Part shown: piece after piece, positions 30,691 to 40,068 of the stretch
Position numbering within the stretch: the stretch's first letter is position 1
Layout of the letters: each line of letters opens with the position of its first letter
Sequence record: DRR723986_13328
Strand: one strand, 5' to 3'
Length of the DNA: 64,000 nucleotides
Translations under genes and position numbers: made by a program
The notes under the pieces: generated by a model
Databases searched by the model: none
The model's input: the letters and a program-made list of their open reading frames with translations, nothing else
Told to the model about the DNA's origin: nothing

Positions 30691-30709
30691 TTGCTAATAA
30701 TATTAGTAA
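30691..30709. promoter_or_regulatory. Imperfect palindrome, candidate operator between divergent nfeD and tauE
   Basis: TTGCTAATA a TATTAGTAA (8/9 arms). Confidence 0.4.
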
Positions 30710-30788
30710 AAAAAATAATATGAAGCAAGAAAAATCGTAAAAATCGTCAGGAAATTACTCCAAAAGGCCTAATCTTGGTAGTTTTGGA

Positions 30789-31544
30789 ATGATGGACATG
30801 ACGTGGTTCTATATTTTATTGCCCATTGTCGCAATGCTTTACGGAGCTGTCGGGCATGGTGGAGCATCTGGTTATTTGGCTTTAATGGGCTTGTTTTCTT
30901 TTGTTCCGGATGAGATGCGACCAACAGCTCTAGTGCTGAATTTATTTGTGGCAGGAATAGCTTTTATTCATTTTGCTCGTTTAGGATGTTTTAAATTTAG
31001 AACCTTTGCAGTGTTTGCGTTAGCATCAATTCCTATGGCTTTTTTAGGTGGGACTTTTGAAATTCAAACAGGTCTTTATAAAATGATACTTGGGCTGTTT
31101 TTACTGTTAAGCGTTGCAAAAATGATGGGCTTACTGGATAAAATATTGAAAAAAGAGGATTACGATTCGAAATCTAATTCAGTGAATTTACCAATTGGGT
31201 TGAGTGTTGGGGCGGGAGTTGGCTTTTTCTCTGGGTTGATTGGAATAGGCGGAGGGATTATTTTAAGTCCAATTTTATTATTGTCTCGTTGGGCAAATGC
31301 CAAAGAGGCTGCAGCAATTTCTGCTCTATTTATTTGGGTAAACTCTTTGGCGGGATTAGCTGGGCAGTATTATCATGACAAATTACTGTTAAATGAGCAT
31401 CTATTTTTGATGATAATTCTTGTAGTAATTGGCGGATTTATTGGTGGATTCATAGGTGCTAAGAAATTAGATAATAAAAAATTGAGGTTTTTATTAAGCG
31501 TGATGTTATTAGCGGCTGCTTTAAAACTTATCTTCGGACAATGA
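30789..31544 (+). CDS. Sulfite exporter TauE/SafE (TSUP) family protein
   Basis: GHGGASGY, GLIGIGGGIILSP and AAISALFIWVNS; about 8 TM segments. Confidence 0.92.
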   Translation: MMDMTWFYILLPIVAMLYGAVGHGGASGYLALMGLFSFVPDEMRPTALVLNLFVAGIAFIHFARLGCFKFRTFAVFALASIPMAFLGGTFEIQTGLYKMILGLFLLLSVAKMMGLLDKILKKEDYDSKSNSVNLPIGLSVGAGVGFFSGLIGIGGGIILSPILLLSRWANAKEAAAISALFIWVNSLAGLAGQYYHDKLLLNEHLFLMIILVVIGGFIGGFIGAKKLDNKKLRFLLSVMLLAAALKLIFGQ

Positions 31545-31780
31545 AAGTGAAAATTCTCTATTTTGCCCAAATAGCTGAAAAGTTAGGATGTACTACTGAG
31601 ATGTTTGAGATTCCAGACAGCATGGGTTCTGAAGCTTTAGTTGATAAATTAAAAGTAAAGTATCCTGAGCTGAATAATTTGACTTTTGCTATTTCGGTGA
31701 ATCAAACTTTGATACAAACTGATACCAAATTAGAGGATGGTTTTGAGGTGGCACTTTTGCCTCCCTTTGCTGGAGGATAA
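31541..31780 (+). CDS. moaD: Molybdopterin synthase sulfur carrier
   Basis: 79-aa beta-grasp protein, ILYFAQIAE...EVALLPPFAGG with C-terminal GG. Confidence 0.93.
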   Translation: MKVKILYFAQIAEKLGCTTEMFEIPDSMGSEALVDKLKVKYPELNNLTFAISVNQTLIQTDTKLEDGFEVALLPPFAGG

Positions 31781-32695
31781 TCAGTGCTTTGCTCCTTTAA
31801 GAATTCCAAAAACATGCATTACAAAAGGGAAGACAGCATCCATGCTTTCTTTTGCTCCATTGGTTGATCCTGGCAAACACATGACTAAGGAATCACCTTT
31901 TACACCTACTAAACTTCTGGATAGCATTGCGTACGGCATGCGCTCTTGCCCATAACTTCTGATGGCTTCTTCGATACCCGGAATTCTTCTGTCTATTAGC
32001 GATTCTAATGAATCCGGAGTGACATCTCTTGATGATAAACCTGTTCCACCAGTATAGATGATCAACTTGGTTTTATTTTCAATCGCGGAATTGAATTCAT
32101 CTTGAATGCGTTCTTTCTCGTCAGGAATGACTTTGTAATCGGCAATTGATACCTTGAATTTCTCTAACTTTTCAATGATCGCTTTGCCAGCTTTGTCTTC
32201 TTTTTGTCTAGCAGAAATGGTGTCAGAGCAGACTATTACTGCAGCAGTAATGTCTGCGCGATCTAAAAATTTGTCTCTGTAATCAGATTTTCCACCTTTT
32301 TTGGATACTAATCTGATGTTATTGATTTCAATTCCTTTGTCAATTGGTTTGAGCATATCGTACATGTTGAGTGCAACAATACTTGCGCCATGCATGGCTT
32401 CAACTTCTACTCCTGTTTTATAGATGGTTTTGACTTCAATGTTTATTTTAATTTCTAATCCCGAAATGGAGTAGCGAATTTTGGTTGATTCAATGGGTAA
32501 AGGATGGCAATCAGGTAAAAGGTCTGATGTTTTTTTTACGCCCAACAAACCAGCGGCCTTTGACATTTCGAAAACATCTCCTTTCGGAACAGTTTTGTTG
32601 TTAATGGCATCAATAGTTTCTTGCTTGCTGACAGTTACTGTTGCCTCTGCAGTTGCAATTCGTAATGTGTTTGTTTTTGCCGTGATGTCTACCAT
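31781..32695 (-). CDS. moaCB: Bifunctional MoaC/MoaB molybdenum cofactor biosynthesis protein
   Basis: MVDITAK start (ATG 32695), LLPDCHP and KTGVEVEA (MoaC); GGTGLSSRDVTP and LPGS (MoaB/MogA). Confidence 0.93.
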   Translation of the reverse strand: MVDITAKTNTLRIATAEATVTVSKQETIDAINNKTVPKGDVFEMSKAAGLLGVKKTSDLLPDCHPLPIESTKIRYSISGLEIKINIEVKTIYKTGVEVEAMHGASIVALNMYDMLKPIDKGIEINNIRLVSKKGGKSDYRDKFLDRADITAAVIVCSDTISARQKEDKAGKAIIEKLEKFKVSIADYKVIPDEKERIQDEFNSAIENKTKLIIYTGGTGLSSRDVTPDSLESLIDRRIPGIEEAIRSYGQERMPYAMLSRSLVGVKGDSLVMCLPGSTNGAKESMDAVFPFVMHVFGILKGAKH

Positions 32696-32750
32696 GATGT
32701 AAATATAATTATTCTGCATATGGTGCATGCAAAGTAGACAGTATTAGTCT

Positions 32751-32818
32751 TTCTTTCCCCCTTTCGCTTGCGCTGAAGCTTCAGCGAAGGAGCATGGAGG
32801 GGGATTAAGGGGGAGGAT
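32751..32818. repeat. REP-like element with a 31-nt palindromic insert in its loop
   Basis: TTCTTTCCCCCTTT[insert 32765-32795]GGAGGGGGATTAAGGGGGAGGAT; inverted copy of 33325-33360. Confidence 0.8.
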
Positions 32819-32860
32819 AAATAAGGAAAACCTTTTCTCTCCTTGACAAGTAGAATTCTC

Positions 32861-33295
32861 CTATTTATTTACCTTCCACTGATGAGAATCGTCTTCAAAT
32901 AGTTCTTTCCCAAAAACGGGTGCTTTGGCTTTGATTTCTTCTACTAAATATCGACAGGCATCCATTGCTTCTTTTCGGTGAGCTGAACTTGTAAACACGA
33001 ACAAACAAATTTCACCTGCTTTCACAATTCCGTTGCTGTGATAAATGTGCATACAAGTCAAGTCATATTTTTCAAATGCAGACTCTCTGATTTCGTGAAA
33101 GGTTTTTAATGCCATCTCGTTATAAGCTGAATACTCAATAGCTTGAACCGTTTTTCCGTCAATTTCATCTGCTCTTACTTGACCTAGGAAGATGTCGTGT
33201 GCACCAATGTTGGTCTTCACTTGATGGTGAGCAATTGATGTGGCTATTTTTTCAGGAGTAATGGGTCCTTCTACGAAAACGTTTTTGTAAGTCAT
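32861..33295 (-). CDS. moaE: Molybdopterin synthase catalytic subunit
   Basis: GAHDIFLGQVR, EYSAY.EMA, SSAHRKEA, IKAKAPVFGKE; ATG 33295 (upstream extension is translated repeat). Confidence 0.93.
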   Translation of the reverse strand: MTYKNVFVEGPITPEKIATSIAHHQVKTNIGAHDIFLGQVRADEIDGKTVQAIEYSAYNEMALKTFHEIRESAFEKYDLTCMHIYHSNGIVKAGEICLFVFTSSAHRKEAMDACRYLVEEIKAKAPVFGKELFEDDSHQWKVNK

Positions 33296-33324
33296 GTTGG
33301 ATGATTTATCGGGTAAAGATAAGG

Positions 33325-33360
33325 ATCCTCCCCCTCGGTCCCCCTCCAAAGGGGGAAGAA
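33325..33360. repeat. REP-like element
   Basis: ATCCTCCCCCTCGGTCCCCCTCCAAAGGGGGAAGAA; hairpin TCCCCCT ccaa AGGGGGA. Confidence 0.8.
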
Positions 33361-33448
33361 TTTGGTGATTTCTTTTTTATCGCGAATGATTGAATTATTT
33401 ATATGTTCCTGATTAGAGGAGACTGAGGCTCTAGAAGTCACATCCGAA

Positions 33449-34621
33449 TTAGAGCATTAAGCACTCAACTAAATCACCTTCTTGATATGATGTGATCGTC
33501 TCAGGAACGTAAATAAGACAATCTGCTTCAGAGAATGAGCTGAGCATGGCAGAGCTTTGCGCGTTCAAAACACTTATTTTTCCATCAGAGATTTTTCCTT
33601 TTAAAAATTCTGAACGCTGTGCTTTTCTGCTATAATTTTCAGCTAATGGTAATTTCAATCGTTGACATCCTTTAAACTCACCACCTTGAAATTGTTGGAG
33701 GGCAGGGTAGATGTATACATAAAATGAGGTCAAAGCTGCGGCTGGGTTTCCTGGAAGAGCAAAGATGCTGGTCTTTCCTTTTTTTCCAAAATAGAGCGGC
33801 TTGCCTGGCTTTTGTTTGACTTTATAAAAGACTTGTTCTACAGCCAATTTTTGCAAGGCTTTACCCACAAAATCGTAGTCTCCCACTGATATTCCTCCTG
33901 ATAAAATCACGAAATCATTACTTTCAATAACACTTTGAATGGCAGCTACAGTGGCTTGGTAATCATCCTGAATCTTAAGGTGCGTGATATTCGAAATTCC
34001 TTTGGATTTAAACACCGCATCTAGCATAACAGAGTTACTCTCGTAGACCTGTCCGTATTTTAAAGCTTGTCCAGGTTTAACCAATTCATCTCCCGTTGTT
34101 AGAATTGCTACTTTAGGTTTTTTATAGACTTCAATTTTTGTTAATCCAAGAGTTGCCAAATATCCCACGGTCGCTGCATCAATATAAGTTCCCGCGCTTA
34201 ATGCTTTCGCTCCAGTTTTTATTTGCTCAGCTTGTGGTCGAATATTGCTATTCAATTTTATTTCAGTTGTAAAGCTAATATTACGGTCTTTATTCATGAC
34301 ATCCTCTTGCCTCACAACTGTATTTGCAGAAGCAGGAACGGCTGCTCCTGTAAAAATTCTTACAGCCTGACCTTTTGTCAATACAAACTGTTGGTCAGAT
34401 CCCGCTGCGACTTCACCAATAACTTCGTATTCTTCAATGTTGTCATCAAAGTTCACCGCATAACCGTCCATTGCTGATTGTGGAAAAGGAGGCATGTCAA
34501 TTGGTGAAATAATATCATGGGCCAAGGTAAATCCAAGTGCGTCTGTTACTGAAATGGATTGGCTTGTTCCTTCAGGGATGTTAGCTTGAACGAGTTTGAT
34601 TGCTTCTTCAACGGATATCAT
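33449..34621 (-). CDS. moeA: Molybdopterin molybdenumtransferase
   Basis: PPFPQSAMDGYA, RIFTGA, TGDEL, SGGISVGDYD, KPGKP, LPGNP. Confidence 0.97.
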   Translation of the reverse strand: MISVEEAIKLVQANIPEGTSQSISVTDALGFTLAHDIISPIDMPPFPQSAMDGYAVNFDDNIEEYEVIGEVAAGSDQQFVLTKGQAVRIFTGAAVPASANTVVRQEDVMNKDRNISFTTEIKLNSNIRPQAEQIKTGAKALSAGTYIDAATVGYLATLGLTKIEVYKKPKVAILTTGDELVKPGQALKYGQVYESNSVMLDAVFKSKGISNITHLKIQDDYQATVAAIQSVIESNDFVILSGGISVGDYDFVGKALQKLAVEQVFYKVKQKPGKPLYFGKKGKTSIFALPGNPAAALTSFYVYIYPALQQFQGGEFKGCQRLKLPLAENYSRKAQRSEFLKGKISDGKISVLNAQSSAMLSSFSEADCLIYVPETITSYQEGDLVECLML

Positions 34622-34636
34622 GTTGTGAATTTACAA

Positions 34637-34670
34637 ATCCTCACCTGTAATCCCTTTGAAAATGGGGAAT
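34637..34670. repeat. Degenerate third copy of the REP-like element
   Basis: ATCCTCACCTGTAATCCCTTTGAAAATGGGGAAT aligns without gaps to the other copies (25/34 against the first copy with its insert removed). Confidence 0.5.
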
Positions 34671-34722
34671 AAATAATTCTAAAAATTGTTTTGAGAAAAA
34701 TGGAATTCATTAGATTTACTTA

Positions 34723-35811
34723 ATGAGCAATAAATTTTACATAGACCCAGATATCAAAAAAGCTGAAACATTGCCAGCAGATTTTTATAGAGATCCAGAA
34801 GTATTTGAAAAGGTAAAAACCTCTGTTTTTATGAATTCTTGGCAATTTGTGGGGGATGAATCATTGCTTCCATTTGAGAAATATGCGCATCCATTTTCTT
34901 ATTTAGAGCACTTTATTAATGAGCCGTTAGCCTTGGTGAAACAGGCTGATGGTTCTATCAAGTGTATGTCAAATGTGTGTACCCACAGAGGGAATATTGT
35001 TGTTCAGCAAGCGGGTAAACAAAGAGGTTTGAGTTGCATGTATCACGGTCGCCGTTTTTCATTGGAAGGAGATTTTGAACACATGCCCGAATTCTCAGAG
35101 GCTGAAAATTTTCCAAGGGCATGCGAAGGTTTGAAAAATTTTCCGGTAGAAAGATGGGGGCAATTCATCTTCACTGGTCTAAATCCAACTTTTGAATTTT
35201 CAGAAGTGATAGCAAAGATGAAAGAACGTGTGGGTCATTTGCCTTTGGAGCACTTTAAGTTAGATTCGTCATTATCTCGTGATTATTTGGTGAACGCCAA
35301 TTGGGCCTTGTATTGTGATAATTATTTAGAAGGATTTCACATTCCGTTTGTTCATCCTGATTTGAACGCAACTTTAGATTACGGAACGTATAAAACGGAG
35401 TTGTACGATCACATGTCGCTACAAATAGGATTTGCAGATGACGGGATTGAGTGTTTTGATTTATCAGCTGGGCATCCAGATGAAGGAAAGAAGGTGGCTG
35501 CCTATTATTACTGGGTTTATCCCAATATGATGTTTAATTTTTACCCTTGGGGATTATCGATTAATTTGGTGCAGCCGGTTGGCATGGCCAAAACTAAAGT
35601 GAAGTTCATCTCCTATGTTTATGATCATGAAAAGTTAGAAGTAGGTGCCGGGGCACTGTTGGATAAAGTAGAACGAGAAGATGAATTTGTGGTGGAAGGA
35701 GTTCAAAAAGGGATATCGTCTCATTTTTATCAAAGAGGGAGGTTTTCACCAACACGAGAACAAGGTGTGCATCACTTTCAACGGATGTTGTCTTTGGCAA
35801 TAAATTCGTAA
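34723..35811 (+). CDS. Rieske non-heme iron oxygenase alpha subunit (choline monooxygenase-like)
   Basis: NVCTHRG...CMYHG Rieske motif; DNYLEGFHIPFVHP Fe ligands; EDEFVVEGVQKG. Confidence 0.9.
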   Translation: MSNKFYIDPDIKKAETLPADFYRDPEVFEKVKTSVFMNSWQFVGDESLLPFEKYAHPFSYLEHFINEPLALVKQADGSIKCMSNVCTHRGNIVVQQAGKQRGLSCMYHGRRFSLEGDFEHMPEFSEAENFPRACEGLKNFPVERWGQFIFTGLNPTFEFSEVIAKMKERVGHLPLEHFKLDSSLSRDYLVNANWALYCDNYLEGFHIPFVHPDLNATLDYGTYKTELYDHMSLQIGFADDGIECFDLSAGHPDEGKKVAAYYYWVYPNMMFNFYPWGLSINLVQPVGMAKTKVKFISYVYDHEKLEVGAGALLDKVEREDEFVVEGVQKGISSHFYQRGRFSPTREQGVHHFQRMLSLAINS

Positions 35812-35834
35812 TATTGGTACTTAAAGTGTTGAAT

Positions 35835-36959
35835 ATGAAAAAGCTTCTGATCTTATTTGTAGTGTTTTCTGTATGTTTTGTTTCATGTAAGAATAAAGGT
35901 TGTACGGATGAAACGGCAACCAACTATAATCCAGATGCCAAGAAAGATGATGGCAGCTGTGAATATTTAGAAGATTCTTCAGATTACATAGTGATTGATC
36001 CAGGAACCAATGTTGTTGGTTATTCTATCCTCGAAAAATTACCAGGTATTTGGGATGGTCCGGTCACTAGTCCAACACCATTAGGGAGCTTCCCAATATT
36101 TATTGTTGACTTTAGACCAATTTCACCTGCCCAAGTTTCGGCGAAAAATGAATTGGATGAGGAAAATGACATATTCATGAGCTTTTTTATTGCTAAACAT
36201 GCCGGTGAGTATAAAGTGGCATTTAGAAATGGGGGTGGATTCGCAGGTCAAGTAAGAACAGCCTATATGTTGGTGGATTCTGTTTCGGAATCGGGCGGGA
36301 TTTCATTTTATCGATTCATTGACCCGGCTGGAGGAAAAGAAAGAGTAAACACAACAATTACCTTTAAGGATGACAGCTTAATTATGCACACTTTTACCAA
36401 TCAATACAATACTTTATCAACTGCCGTTACGCACATGAAGTGGTCTGCCGACCTTCGAGACGCGAGCACCGCTCAAAATTCCATCAGTTTGTTCAATTAT
36501 CCTCAAAAACAAGAAGTAAAAGATTTTTCATCAACCTTTGATGGTGAAACCGAAGCTGTGTACTATGGTAATGTCGGAGACCCTTATCCAGAAACTGAAC
36601 AGCCTCATGTAGGAATTTCAAATATCAATATCAATATAACGAACCCTGCAACGGTAAATACTAGTAAGAAAGTGATGATAAGTATTACTGCTCAACCTTT
36701 ATTTAACAACTTCGTTTTTCAACCGCAGAATTTAGATTATAGATCGCGTTATGTTTTCATTGATGCAGCTGCAAGTTGTAGTTTCAGTTTCAATTATATG
36801 CATCCTGGTAATTATTATGTAAACTGTATTTATGATGATAACGGAGACTTTAACTTTTCATCAGGAGATTACATGAATGGTTCGTTTGATATTCCGTTCA
36901 CCTTAGGTGCTGAACAAACTATTTCTAATGCAGTGTCTATTGATTTTCAAATTCCCTAA
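35835..36959 (+). CDS. Hypothetical lipoprotein with a GCTD..A.NY...A..DDGSC module
   Basis: MKKLLIL...FVSC lipobox from ATG 35835; C-terminal YDDNGDFNFSSGD. Confidence 0.7.
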   Translation: MKKLLILFVVFSVCFVSCKNKGCTDETATNYNPDAKKDDGSCEYLEDSSDYIVIDPGTNVVGYSILEKLPGIWDGPVTSPTPLGSFPIFIVDFRPISPAQVSAKNELDEENDIFMSFFIAKHAGEYKVAFRNGGGFAGQVRTAYMLVDSVSESGGISFYRFIDPAGGKERVNTTITFKDDSLIMHTFTNQYNTLSTAVTHMKWSADLRDASTAQNSISLFNYPQKQEVKDFSSTFDGETEAVYYGNVGDPYPETEQPHVGISNININITNPATVNTSKKVMISITAQPLFNNFVFQPQNLDYRSRYVFIDAAASCSFSFNYMHPGNYYVNCIYDDNGDFNFSSGDYMNGSFDIPFTLGAEQTISNAVSIDFQIP

Positions 36960-37544
36960 TTAGGGTTTTTGAAGTACGATAGTGGTCATTGATCGCAGTT
37001 CTTCCACTTTTACCGTCTTAACCGGTTCGATCAAGTTTAAGGAATGGTAAGCGCATAAATCATCTATCAATTTTCTGGTGATGACATAACGGTCAGATAA
37101 ATCTGGTAATTGACATCTTCCATTTTCCTCGATTTCAATTTTATTTTCTAAGCCAATATTAGAGGTCATTCTGATAAAGAGAATGCCATGTTTAGCTAAA
37201 GACTTTACCAGTGCTTCAAACATTTGATGAAAGTGGGTGTGGTCTTTGGCAAAGTGCAAAACAGCATTGCAGATAATAAAATCAAAGGTTGTTGAACCAA
37301 ACGGAAGGTCTTCAATTGCTCCTTTTTGAAATTTTAATTGGCTGAACTGCTCCTTTATGGCCTGAATTTTTTCAGGTTCTGGATCAAAAGCAGAGACCTT
37401 ATATCCATTTTTTAAGAGCCAATAGATATTTCTACCTCCACCACAGCCGGCGTCTAGGATTTGACTGTTCTTTGCTATTTTATCTTTTAAAAATTGATCT
37501 AAAAGATAAATATCTAGTCCTTTTATTTCGTCTAAAGTTTTCAT
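36960..37544 (-). CDS. Class I SAM-dependent methyltransferase
   Basis: ILDAGCGGGRN, FDFIICNAVLHF; ATG 37544 overlaps the helicase stop (ATGA). Confidence 0.9.
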   Translation of the reverse strand: MKTLDEIKGLDIYLLDQFLKDKIAKNSQILDAGCGGGRNIYWLLKNGYKVSAFDPEPEKIQAIKEQFSQLKFQKGAIEDLPFGSTTFDFIICNAVLHFAKDHTHFHQMFEALVKSLAKHGILFIRMTSNIGLENKIEIEENGRCQLPDLSDRYVITRKLIDDLCAYHSLNLIEPVKTVKVEELRSMTTIVLQKP

Positions 37545-39382
37545 GTTGCGAATTCCCAAGCTGTTCTATAACTTGCTTTTTGTTCAACAAAATCTAAGAA
37601 ATCGTTGTAAAATTTATCTTGTCCCAAAGTAGCCGAATCACCAATTACAATCAATTTCTTTTTGGCTCTTGTCATGGCTACATTCATTCTTCTGTAATCT
37701 GATAAAAATCCGATTTCACCATTTTCATTTGATCTGACTAATGAGATAATGATGATGTCTCTTTCTTGTCCTTGAAAACTGTCAACCGTATTGCAATCTG
37801 CATTAACAATGTTTTGCTGAATTTCGCTAAGCTGACTTCTATACGGAGTGATGATGCCAATAGATTGGTCGTTTGTTTGTAATTGCAGTTCTTGAAGCAC
37901 CTTCTTAATTATGTCAACTTCACCAGGGTTAGATATGCCTCCTCCATTTTGTTCTTTCACTTCTTCATATCCACATCCAGCAGTATCGATAAATTCAACC
38001 GCTTCAAAATCATTATTTTCTATCTTTTGATCTGCAACAGACTCATAAGCCATTAATTGATTATTGTAAAACTGAGCATTAGAAAATGCCATAATGGTGG
38101 CGTTCATTCTGTACTGAACGTTTAATAAAACTCTGAGTTTATCTATTTCAGCCGCTCTTTCTAAAACAGATTTTGCAAGCCCCATTTTTTCAGCAGTTCT
38201 TGATTTTACCGTTGGTGGAAGTTGTAAATCATCACCTGCTAAAACCATTTTCTCTCCTAAATGTGCTACACTCCAAATGGCAGGCTCAATAGCTTGACCA
38301 GCTTCATCAATAATCAGGTAATCATAACAATCTTGAGGTAAATTGAACTGTTGAATTGAAAAGAAGGTTCCGCATATTACTTCTGCTTTTTCTAAAACAT
38401 TCTGTGAAATATCTTTTTGAATTTTTCGGATATCAGAGCGCAGTGATTTTAATTCTTGCTTCAGTGCTTTTCGCTCTTGATACTCTTCTTTACCAAAATT
38501 CCGCTTGTATTTAAATGCCTTTTTTCTCAGGTCATCAGATTGATTTTTGAGTTGCTGAAGAAATTTAAATGAGCTGTCATTTTTGATTTTAGTTTCTAAG
38601 TAGGCGGCTTTTACCTTTTCGTCAATTTTATTTTCATTCCCAATTCTTACAACGTTTACTTTGTCGTTCAATAATTGAATTGAAATGTTGTCAACAGCTG
38701 CATTTGAAGGTGCACAAACCAGTATACTTTTACTGTTTTGAGTGAGTTTTTTAATTCCTGCCACCAAAGTTGTTGTTTTACCTGTTCCGGGTGGGCCGTG
38801 AATGATACTTACTTCATTATCCGATAATATTTCATTAACCGCTTTGTTTTGAGCTTCATTTAAACTTTCTGCGCGATAACTTTCCTCAGCTTGAAAAGAT
38901 TTGTCTGACTCGTAAAATCGAATCGGAAGATTATCTTTTTCGGCATCTAGAATTTGCTGAATTCCTTTTTCAAAGGCGTCATACGTTTTAGTATCTACCA
39001 AAGCGTTTAATCCTACTTTTCCTTTTTTAATCCAATCTTCAATCTCTTCATCTCCACATTTAATTGTGATTTCATTTTCTCTATAAAAAGTAATTTGGCC
39101 CTGAGCTGATTCACCGTCTGAATTGAAAATCTCAACAATTTTCCCCGTTTTAAAGCTACTGCCTTCTTGGTTTGGATTGGTTTTGACTTCAATTAGTTGA
39201 TCTCCAAAATCATTAAACTTTAATTCATTAAACTCAATTGGATATAAGGTGATGCCCTCTTCAATTCGCTTTGAATAATCACTGGCATCCGTCAACATTT
39301 TGTAATCATCCAGCTCTTCTTGCTTTTCAATTTGTAAAGCCTTCAGCAGGTTTTGGAAATGTTCTTTTGTGGATGCTTGCAT
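37541..39382 (-). CDS. SF1 (DNA2/NAM7, IGHMBP2-like) helicase
   Basis: GPPGTGKTT, APSNAAVD, IIDEAGQ, GDDLQLPP, QYRM, TVDSFQGQE, RRMNVAMTRAK. Confidence 0.93.
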   Translation of the reverse strand: MQASTKEHFQNLLKALQIEKQEELDDYKMLTDASDYSKRIEEGITLYPIEFNELKFNDFGDQLIEVKTNPNQEGSSFKTGKIVEIFNSDGESAQGQITFYRENEITIKCGDEEIEDWIKKGKVGLNALVDTKTYDAFEKGIQQILDAEKDNLPIRFYESDKSFQAEESYRAESLNEAQNKAVNEILSDNEVSIIHGPPGTGKTTTLVAGIKKLTQNSKSILVCAPSNAAVDNISIQLLNDKVNVVRIGNENKIDEKVKAAYLETKIKNDSSFKFLQQLKNQSDDLRKKAFKYKRNFGKEEYQERKALKQELKSLRSDIRKIQKDISQNVLEKAEVICGTFFSIQQFNLPQDCYDYLIIDEAGQAIEPAIWSVAHLGEKMVLAGDDLQLPPTVKSRTAEKMGLAKSVLERAAEIDKLRVLLNVQYRMNATIMAFSNAQFYNNQLMAYESVADQKIENNDFEAVEFIDTAGCGYEEVKEQNGGGISNPGEVDIIKKVLQELQLQTNDQSIGIITPYRSQLSEIQQNIVNADCNTVDSFQGQERDIIIISLVRSNENGEIGFLSDYRRMNVAMTRAKKKLIVIGDSATLGQDKFYNDFLDFVEQKASYRTAWEFAT

Positions 39383-39429
39383 TAACACGAAGATACCAAT
39401 TCTTCTTATCTTGTCTTTTTATAAGCGAC

Positions 39430-40035
39430 ATGAAGTCCTACGAACAAATACAATCGGAATTACTCAAAAAAGATCCAGTTTTAGCAGGGGTAATAACCCG
39501 CTCGAAAGGGGAAATCCTCCCAACTCCTTCTATTGATATTTATTATTATTTATTGAATTCGATTGTCTCTCAGCAGCTATCTGTGAAAGTGGCAGATGTA
39601 ATTTGGAATCGATTTTTGGATTTATTTCCAGATCGCTACCCCAGCGAAGATTTGGTTTTAGCAAAATCAGATCAAGAATTAAGAGGGGTTGGTTTATCAT
39701 TTCAAAAATTAGGATATATGCGAAATGTGGCGGAGTTCTCTAAAAACAAAGGAATGTCTTATGAGCAAATTGGCGAATTATCAGATGAAAAAGTCATCAA
39801 ATATCTCACTGAAATTAAAGGAGTAGGCAAGTGGACAGTGCAAATGGTATTAATGTTTCCTATGGATCGGCCAGATGTTTTTCCGGTAGATGATTTAGGG
39901 ATTCAAATGAAAGTGAAGCGGTTTTACCAACTGACCACAGAAAAGAAAGCCTTAAAGGAAGATATGATCAAAATTGCAGAAAAATGGAAGCCATACAGAA
40001 CATTGGCAAGCAAGTTGTTATGGAATGCATTATAG
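39430..40035 (+). CDS. DNA-3-methyladenine glycosylase (AlkA/HhH-GPD family)
   Basis: SIVSQQLS, GLSFQK, IKGVGKWT, DVFPVDDLG, WKPYRT; ATG 39430 avoids overlap with the helicase. Confidence 0.92.
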   Translation: MKSYEQIQSELLKKDPVLAGVITRSKGEILPTPSIDIYYYLLNSIVSQQLSVKVADVIWNRFLDLFPDRYPSEDLVLAKSDQELRGVGLSFQKLGYMRNVAEFSKNKGMSYEQIGELSDEKVIKYLTEIKGVGKWTVQMVLMFPMDRPDVFPVDDLGIQMKVKRFYQLTTEKKALKEDMIKIAEKWKPYRTLASKLLWNAL

Positions 40036-40068
40036 AAATTTTATCTTAGCAGCATCAGAATTATTATT

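Noticed and set aside
33296-33349. N-terminal extension of MoaE (MEGDRGGGSL...)
   Set aside because: It is the REP-like repeat read in frame; the family-like sequence begins at ATG 33295
32751-33360. Composite transposon or MITE carrying moaE
   Set aside because: No transposase and no target-site duplication seen; the repeats look like REP-type palindromes
39271-39429. Long N-terminus of the AlkA-like ORF
   Set aside because: Overlaps the divergent helicase gene; ATG 39430 gives a normal-length protein
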